From Nemertoderma westbladi (Eukaryota; Animalia; Xenacoelomorpha): a DNA stretch of 64,000 nucleotides. Positions within the stretch are counted from its first letter, which is position 1; every line of letters begins with the position of its first letter. The stretch covers positions 1 to 64,000 of the forward strand of contig JAUCBJ010006781.1 of NCBI GenBank assembly GCA_032718475.1, read 5' to 3'. Of this stretch, positions 1 to 13,200 are shown piece by piece. The position numbers and the translations under genes were made by a program. Below the pieces are notes generated by a model, which worked only from the letters and a program-made list of their open reading frames with translations, searched no databases and was not told where the DNA came from.

Positions 1-931
1 ATATATCTGAAGTCAATCAGAAATTCTCGATCCTATCGACTACTGCATATATGAGTCGAATGACATCATGTATCGAGATTCTAGCGTTGTTGGAACAGCT
101 CAACCAAACCATGGAAATTGAGCTGACTGCCAGTCTGGTGGACACAGTAGACTCTGTACGAACAACAAAGAGTTTGGTCGCCCGACATAGAGTTATAACA
201 TAGGGTCATTGACCGTATGGACACCTGTTTCGAACGAAATTACCTCCATGGTACAATTCCTGATGATAATGAGTCCTACAGTATCGTCAAAGTAATTCAA
301 CAAGGTCCCAAAGACGGCGATTCCTTCTTCGAGAAATCATCCCGAGTTGAGGGAGACGGAGTGCCGCAAGGTTAAAACAAATCGACATCGGGACCATGTA
401 TCCAATTTCCAATGAACCTAAGCAGTTCATGACAACAACTAAACCATTCGCAGTCCCGACGCAGCCGTATTAATACATGTGTTGGACTTACCTCCGATAA
501 AACCGAGACGAGATACCAATATTGGGTATGGGAAATTACTGAAGCGGTCTACTGCGAGACAGCACCGATAACTTCAGACGGGTAACGAACAGCTGAACAC
601 CTATCCGCGCATATGCGGTAAGGTTCTTGTTGCTGACGTTCTAGAACTGCGCCCATTCCCAGATGACACCTTGGTGGAGTCACTTACCCATTACCCAAAC
701 ATCCTCGATATGATTACCAAGGGCGAAGTTAGCAGATTAAAGTCGGAAAGGTCAAGAAGGAAGGTTAAACAAGGTAGATTGAGCCTGCTGCGGAGATTAA
801 GAGAATTGAGTCTTCCGAATTGTAAATTCTGTTTATTTAACAAGAACTTGTTAAATTTGTAGACTTTGTTTATTAAGCAGAACTTGTTTTACAAGTTGTA
901 GTATGTACTTAGCCTCAACTCTCGGGAACGG
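1..931 (+). pseudogene. Decayed 3' internal region (degenerate extra ORF) of an LTR retrotransposon
   Basis: Codon-like fragments interrupted by stops, ending in a basic segment (ORF 671-862, KSERSRRKVKQGRLSLLRRLR). Followed by PPT-like CGGGAACGG and a TG start at 932. Confidence 0.4.
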
Positions 932-1630
932 TGTTAATGCCACTAGTGAATGGCATTTACCTCGCAGGCTCGCCCCATATTGTTAATTTACTTCTGCCAG
1001 AGAATTATTATGTTATACGGCAAGGGCCATGCAGAATAGCTCTGATTGGCTAATACCCATTTGCATTCAGCTTACCAGCCCCAGCCTATATATAGTATAG
1101 CATTATATCAGTTGGTCAGCCTAACTATTGAAGATTTATTAGTTAACAACTCACTAGCTGTTAGTAGATTTGTGGGTCGGAATATTCACGTCAATTCGTG
1201 ATATTGCCGATGTCAATTTGTGATATTGATTCGTATTATGTCGATTTATTGTTTGTCTATTAATTAATTTGTTATATCAGTTGAATTATTGCGATTTATG
1301 TTATTATTATGTTATCGATAAAGATAAAGAGAATGGATTCAAGTCATTCCGTTGTTGATTAACGTTGGTAGCACAATAACATTGAGGTTGGTGGTCTATA
1401 GACTGTACGGTATTGCAACTCATCGCATTGGGGTGTGTGTTACAGTATTGTCATAATTATTGATTATGACGCCTAATATTAATAGCAAACTAACATATTT
1501 TAATACGTGCACAAAATTAATTCCTGTGACATCGGTATCTCGGATTGTCAGTTTCATAAATCCGACTTCCATAAGTCTCGAATGAATACAGTTTTCAGTT
1601 AGACATAAAGACGTAAGCAGCCCAGACACA
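932..1630 (+). mobile_element. 3' LTR of a BEL/Pao-type element
   Basis: PPT-like TCGGGAACGG then TGTT, closely resembling the TGGGAGCGG|TGTA junction at 57628. CCAAT-like CTGATTGG (~1042) and TATATA (~1087). Ends near ...AGACACA; right end approximate. Confidence 0.55.
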
Positions 1631-2684
1631 CAACTTAAAGGAACTATTTATACGGGGTTTCAAATCTGTTTATAGTAACGCCAGTTTTATATGCAACAAT
1701 AAATTATTCTACGAGTACAAGTAACGGTTACTAGCGCCCGTTTCTTGTATATACAGCTGGTCGTAAGTTTAGGCTCATTATTTGCAAAATTGAATTGTAG
1801 CGCTAACAACGTTCTACACATTAAAAAATTTTTAATTTATATATAATATTTTATACTAATTGTAAATGTAAAAATACAATAATTATACGGTATCTCGTAA
1901 CAAACGTAGCTGTTGTGTGGCACTTCCTACTAATCATTCTTGTTAACCAAGATAAATCTATTTAATTTTTTAAAGTTTTATTTATAAATATGTGATGAAG
2001 AATTATATGTATATATATATATAGATGTGTATAGAGATGTATATATATAGATGTGTATATATATTATATAATCATATATATTGGACTTGACTTATTGACC
2101 TGGTCAGGAACAAAAACTGCAGGTAAGTAATTGTTTGAAAACAATGATAATGTTCGAAATGTACTAAAAAACATTATAATCTAACTTATTATCGATTAAC
2201 TTAATAAATTAATCTAAAATAAAAAGGAAGTGGTGCGAGTGAGATAGTGAAACAAGTGTTAGACAATGAACAGTTCTAGATTCCTTTATAAAGGAAGTGG
2301 TGTTCCATATCCGGAGATAAGAACTATGTGAGTGTAGGTAGATATACACTTTCAGAAAGAAGACCCACTATAATTAGGATTTTCCCATTTCAATATATAC
2401 TCACGTATATTGAATACCAATTACCAATTAAATAGAATGTAAATATAGATAGATATAGATAATTATGATAGTATATTAGATGTGTATGTTATTACGGGCA
2501 CAAGATATTATACATGACTTTATTATCTTTAAGTAAGTTAAATCTATCATGTAAAAATCAGTCTTAGAATAGCCATGTCAATTATAGTAATGATATTATT
2601 ACTAACTTGCCAATAGTTATAACCAAGTGACTGTTTGTAATCTGAATCTCAGTGAAAACTCATCTGGATTCATATTTTATCTAA

Positions 2685-2800
2685 TTTTCAGTCTTTTTAT
2701 CGATGACTTACCCCCACCACAATCTTATCAGCGGTTGGGTGTTACATACTCTACTCATGTATGCTGATGATGTCGCCATAACTGGTAACTTGATAGAAAG
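2685..2800 (+). mobile_element. Small non-LTR reverse transcriptase fragment
   Basis: Translates to FSLFIDDLP ... LLMYADDVAITG (LINE RT YADD motif region). Confidence 0.55.
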
Positions 2801-3948
2801 TGTCCATGCGGAATACACGGAGGGGTAATCAATACACCGTTAATGCCAATCTAATTAACGGCCGACTTATTCTCGGGTTGGTTGTATTGATATTAGCATG
2901 TTTGTCGATTTGTTTATTTTTTGTAATTATTTTCAAATTTAATTAAAATAATCGTTTTAACCGGTTTTTTTATGTTGTATATTTTTATTTATAAAGTACG
3001 ACTCTACCTCGAGTGGGAATTTCAACCGAGCCTCGTCTGTAACCCCGGATACTACCGCGGGGATATCGCTTGATATCCCTCCTGTATTCCGGGCCGCCAC
3101 CTCGTAATCATTCCGACCCCATTCCCGCTTCCCCCTTGTCTACCCGACCCCCGTAGTCAGGGCGACTGATCGCTCGGAATATATCCGGGTTGGTATGACA
3201 GCCCCTGATTCCGGTTCATTTAGGACTCCTCTTCACTCCCTCGCTTTGGCACAGGAACCGTTCCAGAAACCCAATAACTGGCGATATTCAAACAGAGGCG
3301 TTAAAATATAATAGGATTTATTTGTATATTATTAGGTAATAAAGAATTTTAATTACCAATTAATTTGTTTAATTATATCAGCTGATTTTGAAAAGTCCAA
3401 ATTTTGCTCTCGGACCTCCTCCGACCTTCTCAAAGATAAAATATATTAGGTAATATTAGGCAGACAACAACTGATACGGATGTTGAAATATTTAAGGCAA
3501 CACTTATGAGTTAAGGTGCACCTTAGCTAAGGTTGATTTATATGCAACCGGCCCCTCCTGGTCTAACAGCAAGTTAAGTAAATAAAGTTAAGTTATTGCA
3601 ACTATAATTTATTAATATATTGTAAATATTAACCAAACATAAACCAATAACCCATAACCATCACACATATAAACTGGTAACATATAGCAGAATAGCGAAG
3701 ATTCAGTCTCTTCTAAAACTTATTGGGAATTCAAACTGCAAAATAAATAATAAAAACGTTAAAGTAAATAATTTTAGAGTAAAAAACGATATTTATTCCG
3801 GAACTCATTATTATTAATCAGGAACTTTTCACCCAAATATTTTATTATATTTATATTATTTATATATTTATAATTAAATGTAAAAGTTAGTTTCCAACGC
3901 AACTCTATTGAAATTATTTAGTAATTTTATATAAAACTTACAGTTTTA

Positions 3949-6900
3949 CTAAATCCAAATCTTCATTTCAACTCGAGAAGCCGGATTCACTCCAGTAAAA
4001 TAATACCAACAAGGTCCATTCCTCCACCCCCCCGCACCGTATTCTCCGTTCAAGTTACTGACCGCGCAGTACGTGTACCACCACGCCCCAGTAAGACCTA
4101 CGGCGCAGTTGATGTAGTCATATCCGTCATTATCGCGGTCCTTGGTAGAGAATGGGAAACCGTTGTTCCACTCCAATGCGTCACCAGCAGTACCATGGTA
4201 ACCGGATACATTTAGGCGATAATTAGTTGCAGCTGATCCGATAGAGAAGTTGTTGTATTCCGCGTATTTGTGTTCGTTGATGTAATTCTTTCTCTCATAA
4301 TTGCTACCATCAACATCATTGGGATAAGCATATCCCTCTCCAGTGAACCACACATCGACTCTCAACTTCACCCCGCCTTCACTCAGCTTGTGGATCGCCT
4401 CCAACCCCATCCAAAAATTGGTATTCGGGTCGCCAAATCCTTCAACATATTCATCCCAGTTTCGATAGAAGTCAACAGATCCATCAACTCTTTGTTGAAT
4501 CTTCACCCCATCATTTTTCTTTAGGATAGGCGCAATTAGCTTGTAATTAAATAGTTTTAACCCTGTAAACTGTTGTTCCAACTCTTTATTCTGTTAGGAA
4601 ATATTATTAATTGAAATTGTTTATTAAATTCTGTAAATCCTCTGCCCACATCTGATCAGTGGGTGGGTTGGAGTTCTCTAGGGAAATCATTAAACGCCGG
4701 CATTTCGACCCAACATTTAGAGCAATTAAATACTAACTATATTACGTCGTTGCTAATAAAATAGCACATTATAGCGTTACGGCACGAGTGATTTTGTTTA
4801 GTGAAATAATAGAACGAGGGCCGTAAAAGATTTATGTGGTAATTATGAACAATGGCGAATCTAATTTTATTTATTTGTGGGGAATTATTTGTAGTTTTGC
4901 ACTTAAACTTTATATAACAACCTAATAATGACGCGGTGACATACTGGATATACTGAAATACATAGTAAATGTATGGCGTAGGGACATACTGAGAAATAAT
5001 GTCGCACTGCGATATAAAGTTAGGAAATATGTCGCCCTGGCGATTTGGTAGTGCGAAATTAATTCCACACAAATAAATAAAAACATAATAATAAAACAGA
5101 AGGACTTCAACACGGCAAATAATTATGTTACAAATAATTACTGGTTAAGAAACTAACATCGTTCTTTAGCTCATTATTTACATCGACTTGGTCAGTTAGG
5201 TTTGTATTTATATCTTTTACTTGGTCACTCAACCCATTAATATTTCCCTCCAACTCTGTATTCTGTTCTTCCAACTCTGTAACCTGTTAGGAAATATTTT
5301 TATAACTTTTAAGAAATTGTCGCGCTCTCGTCACCGTAGTAATCATAATTGAGTTGAGATAATGTCTGGGAGACCTCAGGTGACCAAAAAAGAAAGGGTA
5401 ACAACAGTTACGAGCTTTCACCCAACAGGGCTTCTCAAGCCATTCATCAAGCCCTGTCGGGTGAAAGCTCGTAACTGTTGTTACCCTTTCTTTTTTGGTC
5501 ACCTGAGGTCTCCCAGACATTATCTCAACTCAATTATTTTATAACTTTTATGAATTCAACTCAACTTGTCACCACTTACAATATCTATGAAATCGCATAA
5601 AACTACATTTAAAATAATAATTTAAAATAACTAACAAACTTACATTAATGGTTCCACATTGTCCATCATTTGCCTGTAATAATAAATAAATTATAAATAG
5701 TTCTGCCGTGCAATGTAAAAAGACCATAAGTCGCATTTTTTCAAAATTCACTTTTTCTGGTTAAGGTTGGTTGGAGCAAGTTAAGGGCGGATTTTCTAAC
5801 CAAAACAATAAACAGTCACTTTACCAAATGAAGGAAAGGAGTAGGTTACAGAGGTTAGCCTTTCTAACCAAAACAATAAACGGTCACTTTACCAAATTAG
5901 GGAAAGGAGCAGGTTACATAGGCGGGATTTTCTAATCAAAACAATAAACAATCTCTTAACTAATTGAGGGAAAGGAGCAGGTTACAGAGGCGGGATTTTC
6001 TAACCAAAACAATAAACGATCACTTAACTAATTCAGGGAAAGGAGCAGGTTACAGAGGCGGGATTTTCTAACCAAAACAATAAACGATAACATTACCAAT
6101 TGAGAGAAAGGAGCAGGTTACAGAGGCGGGATTTCCTAACCAAAACAATAAACGATCTCTTAACTAATTGAGGGAAAGGAGCAGGTTACAGAGGCGGGAT
6201 TTTCTAACCAAAACAATAAACGATCACTTTACTAATCGAGGGAAAGGAGCAGGTTACAGAGGCGGGATTTTCTAACCAAAACAATAAATGATCACTTAAC
6301 TAATTGAGGGAAAGGAGCAGGTTACAGAGGCGGGATTTTCTAACCAAAACAATAAACGATCACTTAACTAATTGAGGGAAAGGATCAGGTTACAGAGGCG
6401 GGATTTTCTAACCAAAACAATAAACGATCACTTAACTAATTGAGGGAAAGGAGCAGGATACAGAGGCGGAATTTTCTAACCAAAACAATAAACGATAACA
6501 TTACCAATTGAGAGAAAGGAGCAGGTTACAGAGGCGGGATTTCCTAACCAAAACATTAAACGATCTCTTACCTAATTGAGGGAAAGGAGCAGGTTACAGA
6601 GGCGGGATTTTCTAACCAAAACAATAAACGATCACTTAACTAATCGAGGGAAAGGAGTAGGTTACAGAGGCGGGATTTTCTAACCAAAATAATAAACGAT
6701 CACGTAACTAATTGAGGGAAAGGAGCATGTTACAGAGGCGGGATTTTCTAACCAACGGTAACGGTATTAAATGGAAACGGTAACGGGGTATAACATGTAT
6801 AAGTAGTTTTTTCGAGTACGTATGAGTTTATGAACTGATCTGTGCTGTTGGAAGTAGTGGTGCCTCTATCAGTAACACTACACAGACAGTAATGGACAGT

Positions 6901-7412
6901 ATTGGCCAGGGAAACAGACGTGGACAGACGGATATCCAACGTGACATGGGGAGTGGGGAGACCAAATGGTGGTGACGGGGATAACCTATACGGACAACTA
7001 GACAACTAAAAAGGACAACTGGACAACCAATATGGATATCCGGACACATCAGACTGGGGGAGGCCATAATAATAGCAAACCAGTCTGCAATACTCGGACA
7101 AAAACCAAAATAAATGTGAACTGAATAACTAACAGACAGTTTGTGATACAGTCAAACAGCTGTTGGCTACAGTCATGTATGCGTTGTCACTCTCTCTAGG
7201 ATGCTAACTGTTTAAATACAATTTCTGTTTGTGGAATAATTCTGTGAGAAAACATTTTTTTTTTGTTTTGATGAATAAATCTAACATCCTTAATAAAGGG
7301 TTTCTTTTTTAACGTGAGCAAATCATTAAATGAATAATTCAGATAACAACGCTAAATGAAGACTTTATGCATTAAATAAACTTACCTGGAGTAGGAAAAG
7401 AGCTGACAGTAT
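3949..7412 (-). CDS. Coiled-coil + fibrinogen C-terminal domain (FReD; angiopoietin/FREP-like) secreted protein; first coding exon disrupted. Exons 7386-7412 (partial), 5644-5673, 5158-5283, 3949-4590
   Basis: All junctions are phase 0 with GT/AG. They give ..ILSALFLLQ | ANDGQCGTIN | VTELEEQNTELEGNINGLSDQVKD..ND | NKELEQQF..IQQRVDGSVDFYRNWDEYVEGFG..FWMGLEAIH..FSTKDRDND..GAWWYTYC..SNLNG, with classic FReD motifs in the last exon. Confidence 0.85.
5345..5537. mobile_element. Palindromic MITE-like element (89-bp arms, 15-nt spacer) in FReD intron
   Basis: 5345-5433 is the reverse complement of 5449-5537 with one mismatch. Confidence 0.75.
5785..6756. repeat. 68-bp minisatellite, ~14 copies, in FReD intron
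   Basis: Unit GAGGCGGGATTTTCTAACCAAAACAATAAACGATCACTTAACTAATTGAGGGAAAGGAGCAGGTTACA repeated at 68-nt period. Confidence 0.95.
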
Positions 7413-8662
7413 TGGAAGAGATACGCCTATTCCTACTATGCGAAAAGACGGTAACAATACCTGCAATATCCTACTGTAAAGTTTGTAAATCAAATCATAA
7501 ATCCGACCTTCTCACCAAAACAGTAAACTCTAAGTAAGCGAATATATTGCAGTATTGATCTCTTATAACCGGTGAGGCAGAAAACAGTCTACGAGCAGAC
7601 AAACTTCGATAAAACAAATCCCGCGCAGCGAATCCTAAAATCAGGCTGACTCACTGACGGACCAAGGGGCTCGTATACTTTGCCGCGGTGTGATTTATAT
7701 GGTTGGGCGAAGAGACGCTAGCTAGGTACAGAGGCAGATATTTGGAGATGTCTAACTAGCGGGCAAAGCACAGTAAGGACGAAAGTTAATTTTATATATT
7801 TTGAGGTGTAAATAATTTCTAACGCGCGTGTGTTAATTCTGAACGGTCAAACAGTTTTGCTCCTTCACATATATAATTACTGGGTACGGTGTGCATTTTA
7901 CGAATATTCTAATTTTATAACTTGTAGGTCCAATACTCACGAATGATAAGGTTCCTTCCCCTCTTGCGTATTTCCAGGACTCGAATTCAGGCATAAGGTT
8001 AATACTACGCCCAGAATTCGGCAATTTTAGGTACCAGGTCCCTGATACTAAGAAGAGATGTGTTAGTTTACTACTGTAGGCGTACGGATACTAATAGCTA
8101 TCCTGGCTCCTATCTAGAATTTTAGTCACCCAGGTTGTCCGGGTAACTTCCTATTAGGGCGTTGGCGGGGACACGGTAGATGTTAGTATATCCCTGATAG
8201 CCTCAATTTATTTTGCGCCTAGCGTAAACTGCCCTACCGCCTGAACGGTACAATCCCAATTCAGGTGAAAACACAGCAACCCCCTAGCCTACAAGTTCTG
8301 ATGTAATGGACACTGTCGTACTGCAAATAGTCGCACACACACCTGTACTTAGCAAGAGTTAAGCGTAGAGTTTGCTGCACCCTAACCAATGTGTATGCCT
8401 TGTACCGGTATGCCTACGTCCTATCTGCGTACTAGTATCTGCTCTCTCTCCCCCCCGTAGGAATATGAAGGTCTACTGTGGGTTTTTCCTGAATCAAGAC
8501 AGTACAGTCCCTATGATGTAATTTTGGGCTTACAGCGTGTCACTACGTCTACCTTTTGATCTTTTGGTCTTACACTTAGGTAGCAAGGATCGAACGCTGT
8601 CTAACCTTTCAGGCGATGGGCGAATAACTCTAAATGGTATTGCGGGTTGTCTCTCGTCTACA
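7413..8662 (-). repeat. 3' LTR (~1250 bp, TG...CA)
   Basis: Minus strand reads CACGGGAA|TGTAG at 8662 (PPT-like, then TG) and ends ...CTTCCA at 7413, where host exon sequence resumes. TATAAA at 7699-7694. Confidence 0.7.
7650..7704 (-). promoter_or_regulatory. LTR core promoter (TATA box plus conserved block)
   Basis: AACCATATAAATCACACCGCGGCAA is shared with the related LTR at ~35015-35039. TCAGT Inr-like motif ~40 nt downstream in both. Confidence 0.6.
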
Positions 8663-9114
8663 TTCCCGTGATGTTCCCGTTCATTGCTGCGGCCCGATCT
8701 CTAGCTGGCCATCCTGTCCCTGAGTTTGTTCACCGTAGTGAAACCATAGTAAAACAGATAGAAAAGGGCTGAGATGTGACTAGTATTTCTGACTTTTATT
8801 ACAAAAGATATAATAACTATTATACAATAAACAATGTAATCTGAAATAAGACAGAAAGTGAATGATGGATAGATTGATATAATTAGTGAACTAATGAACG
8901 AAATCGCACCTTTATATACCAAATTTGTGCTGCAATCAATCGAGAAAATTCTCGATTGTTCTATGGGTTCTAACAAGGTTTTAAAGATAGCTATTGGTCC
9001 AGCTAATATATAACTTACACAACATTGGTTACAATCAAATAACTACGGTCTCATTGGTACAGACAAATGCAATTAATTTGTAGCGGTTAATTTAAATGAG
9101 TTGAAATTCTGCAC

Positions 9115-9201
9115 AAAAAATAATTCGCACTTATTAGGATTCGAACTCGATACCTACTACACATATAATTTCCAACGCTCTACCGACTGAGCTACTGAAC
9201 C
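9115..9201 (-). ncRNA. tRNA-like pol III cassette inside the retrotransposon 3' UTR
   Basis: GGTTCAG-TAGCTCAGTCGG (A box)...GAGTTCGAATCC (B box)...T6 terminator. D-arm pairs; T and acceptor stems do not, so it is not a functional tRNA. Confidence 0.7.
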
Positions 9202-9539
9202 ACTTGACCGATGGGTGCACAATAGATAGAACCATTACTAATGAGAACTCAAAGCAATCTTTACAAAGTTAATTCGAATAAAATAAAATTTTGAAAATCC
9301 ACGGCATTTAGGGAATATAATTCTATACCGCTCCATGAAAACAGGATATTATCGTGCATAAAATATACGGTTTTCACCAATAATCAATCAAACTATAGAA
9401 TACTTAGGGCGTACTTACATATTTACAATTAAATTTCAAACAATACTTCCTTTCTACGTAATGATTCAATACAAAACTAATTACAAATTCAAACTTTACG
9501 TATTTAAGGCTTTACTAAGTAAGTACAACATAAATCTAA

Positions 9540-10200
9540 ATTAAATTCACCAATATAAATCTATTGCATCTCAGATATTGCATAAATTCAAACAATTACA
9601 AATACAAATAAATGAAAACAATAAGAAAGGCTCGCGAGTCTTCCATCTACTATTGCATCCCAAATATTGCATAAATTCAAGTAATTACAAATACTTTCGT
9701 ACCTAAATGTAGATTGCATAAGTTTGGAATAATTACAAATATGAGTCTTTCTGAGCACAAAACTTTCTGACTATAAAACTTTCTAAATACAAAATAACAC
9801 TTTACAAATGAAACTATAAGAAAGGCCCACGAGTCTTCCGTCTACTCTTACTTTCTATTTCACTGTAAATACAAATACTACTTATAAAATATAAATTGCA
9901 TAATATTCGGAACAATATAAATTGCATAAGTTCGGAATAATATAAATTGCATAAGTTCGAAATAATCACGTAAATATAAAATATAAATTCTTACTAAATA
10001 TAAATCTTACTAAATATAAGTCTTTACTTAAATATAAATATAAACTGCATAAGTTTAGAATAATATAAACCTTTTGCATCTCAAATATGAAACATAAATC
10101 TTTCAAATATAAGTTCCTTCTAAATATAAACTTTGAATTGCATAAGTTCGGAATAAGCACAAATATAAAATATAAGTTTTACTTTCTAAATATAAAACAT
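9540..10200. repeat. AT-rich degenerate repeats in the element 3' UTR
   Basis: Recurrent ATAAATTGCATAAGTTCGGAATAAT-like units, tandem at 9890-9965 and dispersed around it. Confidence 0.7.
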
Positions 10201-10268
10201 ATAATTCAAAATAAATCACAAATCATAAGAAATGCTCACGAGTCTTACGTCCACCCTTGCCCTCCCTT

Positions 10269-13200
10269 TTATCGCTTAGTTGATCGAGCCCTGCCGCGTC
10301 CTCGAAAACTGCGCACAGGTGACTTTGCTCGCGATATGGGACTTGTGGGGCGAGTCACTGGTTTACTTGGGACGTTGAGGGACGGTGCGACTATTTCCTC
10401 GCAAATTCGTCTATTTGGCATCCCAAAACCTCGACCAATTCCTCGTGACCGATCAGTCGTCACTACAGTTGGTAGAACGTCTGGGAACGCGCGAGAAGTG
10501 GACGACGCAGACCCAAGAGTAGCTTGCGCCCCCTGTTGATCAGCTGGTGTATGTCCCGATCCTCCTACTGGTTCTCTTGGAAGTGATACCGTATCCCGAG
10601 TAACTCGAATAGTCGGCTCAACTCCCTTGCGTTCTTCTACATTAATAATTTTCTTCAATTGTTGGCCCACTTTCTGGACCCGTATGATCCTACCCTGCCC
10701 GTCCTCCCGAGGGTGACGTGCAGACGGCGCAACCGGAGTGGCTGGTATATTTGTCGCCTCTAGGACCTCCTCTTCCTCGAATACGCTCGCTCGTATACGT
10801 TTATGGTAAAACGCGGCTCGGTACGCCCATGCGACGGTTAACCAAGCTCCTTTGTTCCGCTTTTCAGTTCGGAAACGATCAAATTCACCATACGTGATAC
10901 GATTTACGACTTTCTGAAAATTCCACGTGTTTTTGTTATCCGGGTGAATTTGTAACAGATACTCGCGCACCACTCGGAATCCGCTGTCGTGGGGCAAAAT
11001 ATCGACAACCTCGATAAGTTCGTCATATTGAGGCATAGCGGAGATGTATCCTTCCGACATCATCGTTTGGGGATTTACCGCCCAAAATCCGAGATGCGCT
11101 CTCATCGGAAACCGTCTTCTTTGTGCTGATACATGTTCGTCGGCTAAATCTTCCCACTCATCAAATAACTTCCTCACGAGTTTTACAGATTCGTGTTCAT
11201 AAGGTATGTCTCTTAGTTGGCATTCAGATGCTCGATGTCCCTTTATATTGCAATAAGTACATTGGGCCATAAATCTCCAGCAAGTATAAAAGGTATGAGA
11301 CCCTTGATCCCCACACCATCCACAGATTAGCTGAGTCGTAGTAATGTGCTTTCCACTGCACTTTGCCATATGATGTCCAGCGACGCCACATTTACTACAC
11401 ATCGTATTGGCAGGGTACCACACTCGTTCGTATATAAGATCTCCAATCGGTCGAGCGCTTCCTCCCATACTATAATCGTAATCATCTGGGTCTATGGGTT
11501 GGTAGGTTTCTGAAGGTTGTATACAAACTATAGCATCTGTTGCTTCAAGTTGTCGAATCTCCGTCTGAGATTTCTTCGGGAGGTTCCTTTCTATCTCAAG
11601 AAGTTCCTCTAAAGGATCGTCGGCGATCGTAGTAGTTACTTCGAATTCATCACCAAGGTGACCGATAGGCGCGCGCGTCTGCCGTGATTCATCCGTAATT
11701 TCCACAATACGTTCTCCTTCATAGGGTAACAATGTAAACATAGATGGTCTTTCGATAAGAGATCCCGCACAGCGAAGATACACGTCTCGAAATATACTAA
11801 ATCCTGCTCGAGTAAAGGCATTACACTGAGCGTCGGAGTTGTAGAAGGGTTCAAGGAATCGTCTAAACACGTCGGTACGAATTCTCCCTTCCATGTAGAA
11901 CGTATGATCTTCTCCGAGACAAAGTGGATGTCTTTTGAGAGTCCGAGACACAATGTCGGCGATTAGGCAAACATTCACTGACGACTCTATCGCTAAATAA
12001 TATTGTAAGACCGCTCTTGGAGGTGACGTAATAGCCCAATACACGCATCCTCTCCATTTAAGCTGTGATTCAAACTCACTCATATCTGGAGTATCACCTT
12101 CTCCATAAGTTTCAATATACTTGTTTCTTTTACCTTCCTTATAATCCCAATTGAATAACAGGTAGGAAATGTATCCAGTTCCAGTCTTCTGAGTATTATA
12201 CTCACGAAAATATCCCTGTTCTATAGACCACAGAATAAGAGGTCGAGTGTCGACGTATGGTGTCGGTAGTCGGTCATCGCTGTCCGTCATGCCGGCGAAG
12301 TCGCTAATTAAATCCTCCCTTACTCCTGATCCAACCTTTACAACAGTTTTATCTAAAATCATGTTTCTTACCATCTTCGGTAGCATTCTAGCGTCAATAT
12401 TACAAGCTTGGTCCATCTTCTTTACTATATCGGTGATAAGATGGTGTCGCTTTGTATTCGCTGGAGGTATCGGCATTCGTTTGTCGCTCCTCTGTCTACT
12501 GAAAATGTGCAGGACTCCGTCCGCCGCTCTAATCTGTATAGTCTTAGAAGTCAAACTCTGCTGATGACTGCCGCCCTCGTTATCGTAAAACATATAACCG
12601 TTTTCCTGAAACGATCTAAACGTCCTAGTCCATTCATCCAACAATTCTTCCGAAGGTTGCCAAATCTTCTCTATATCCTTATCCTCATCGAAACGAATAA
12701 CCTTGCCTCGCCAATCTGCGGCAATATCTGTATCCGACTCGAAGGTTCCGATTCCAATCCATAAACGAATCGTCTTGGTTAGATATCCTTTCAGATTACT
12801 CGGAGCGATGTCGGCACCAGCTCTATCCAGTTCCTTGAAATCTTGAATATGAGGTGGAACGTTGTTCACGACCTTTTGAGTAATATGTCTACGTAAATCG
12901 TATATCTTACTCATATCGCTGAAAACAACTGCAGGAAGAAACTCCAAGTTTGAAATGATTTCTGGATGATCCACGATGGGTATTTCGTACGTCGTATCCT
13001 GTCGGACTGGTATACTAATAGGAAAGTTGAGTGTCGTACTCAATGGTTTCGTAGCTGAAGTACTATACGGTTGCATTTCTCTTGGCCTCTCCGGGGATGC
13101 AATCTGTAATCTCTGAATAACGTTTTGAGCAAAGTTTATGCTCTCGAAAACTTCCGGTGTCATCTCCTTAGCTGAAGTTTGATCGTGTGACGTCCAATGG

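Noticed and set aside
4922-5113. ORF with a hydrophobic N-terminus as FReD signal exon
   Set aside because: Non-ATG start, lies within the intron defined by phase-compatible exons, and has no suitable donor.
5785-6756. CRISPR-like regular repeat
   Set aside because: The whole 68-bp unit is repeated with no unique spacers, and the context is a eukaryotic intron.
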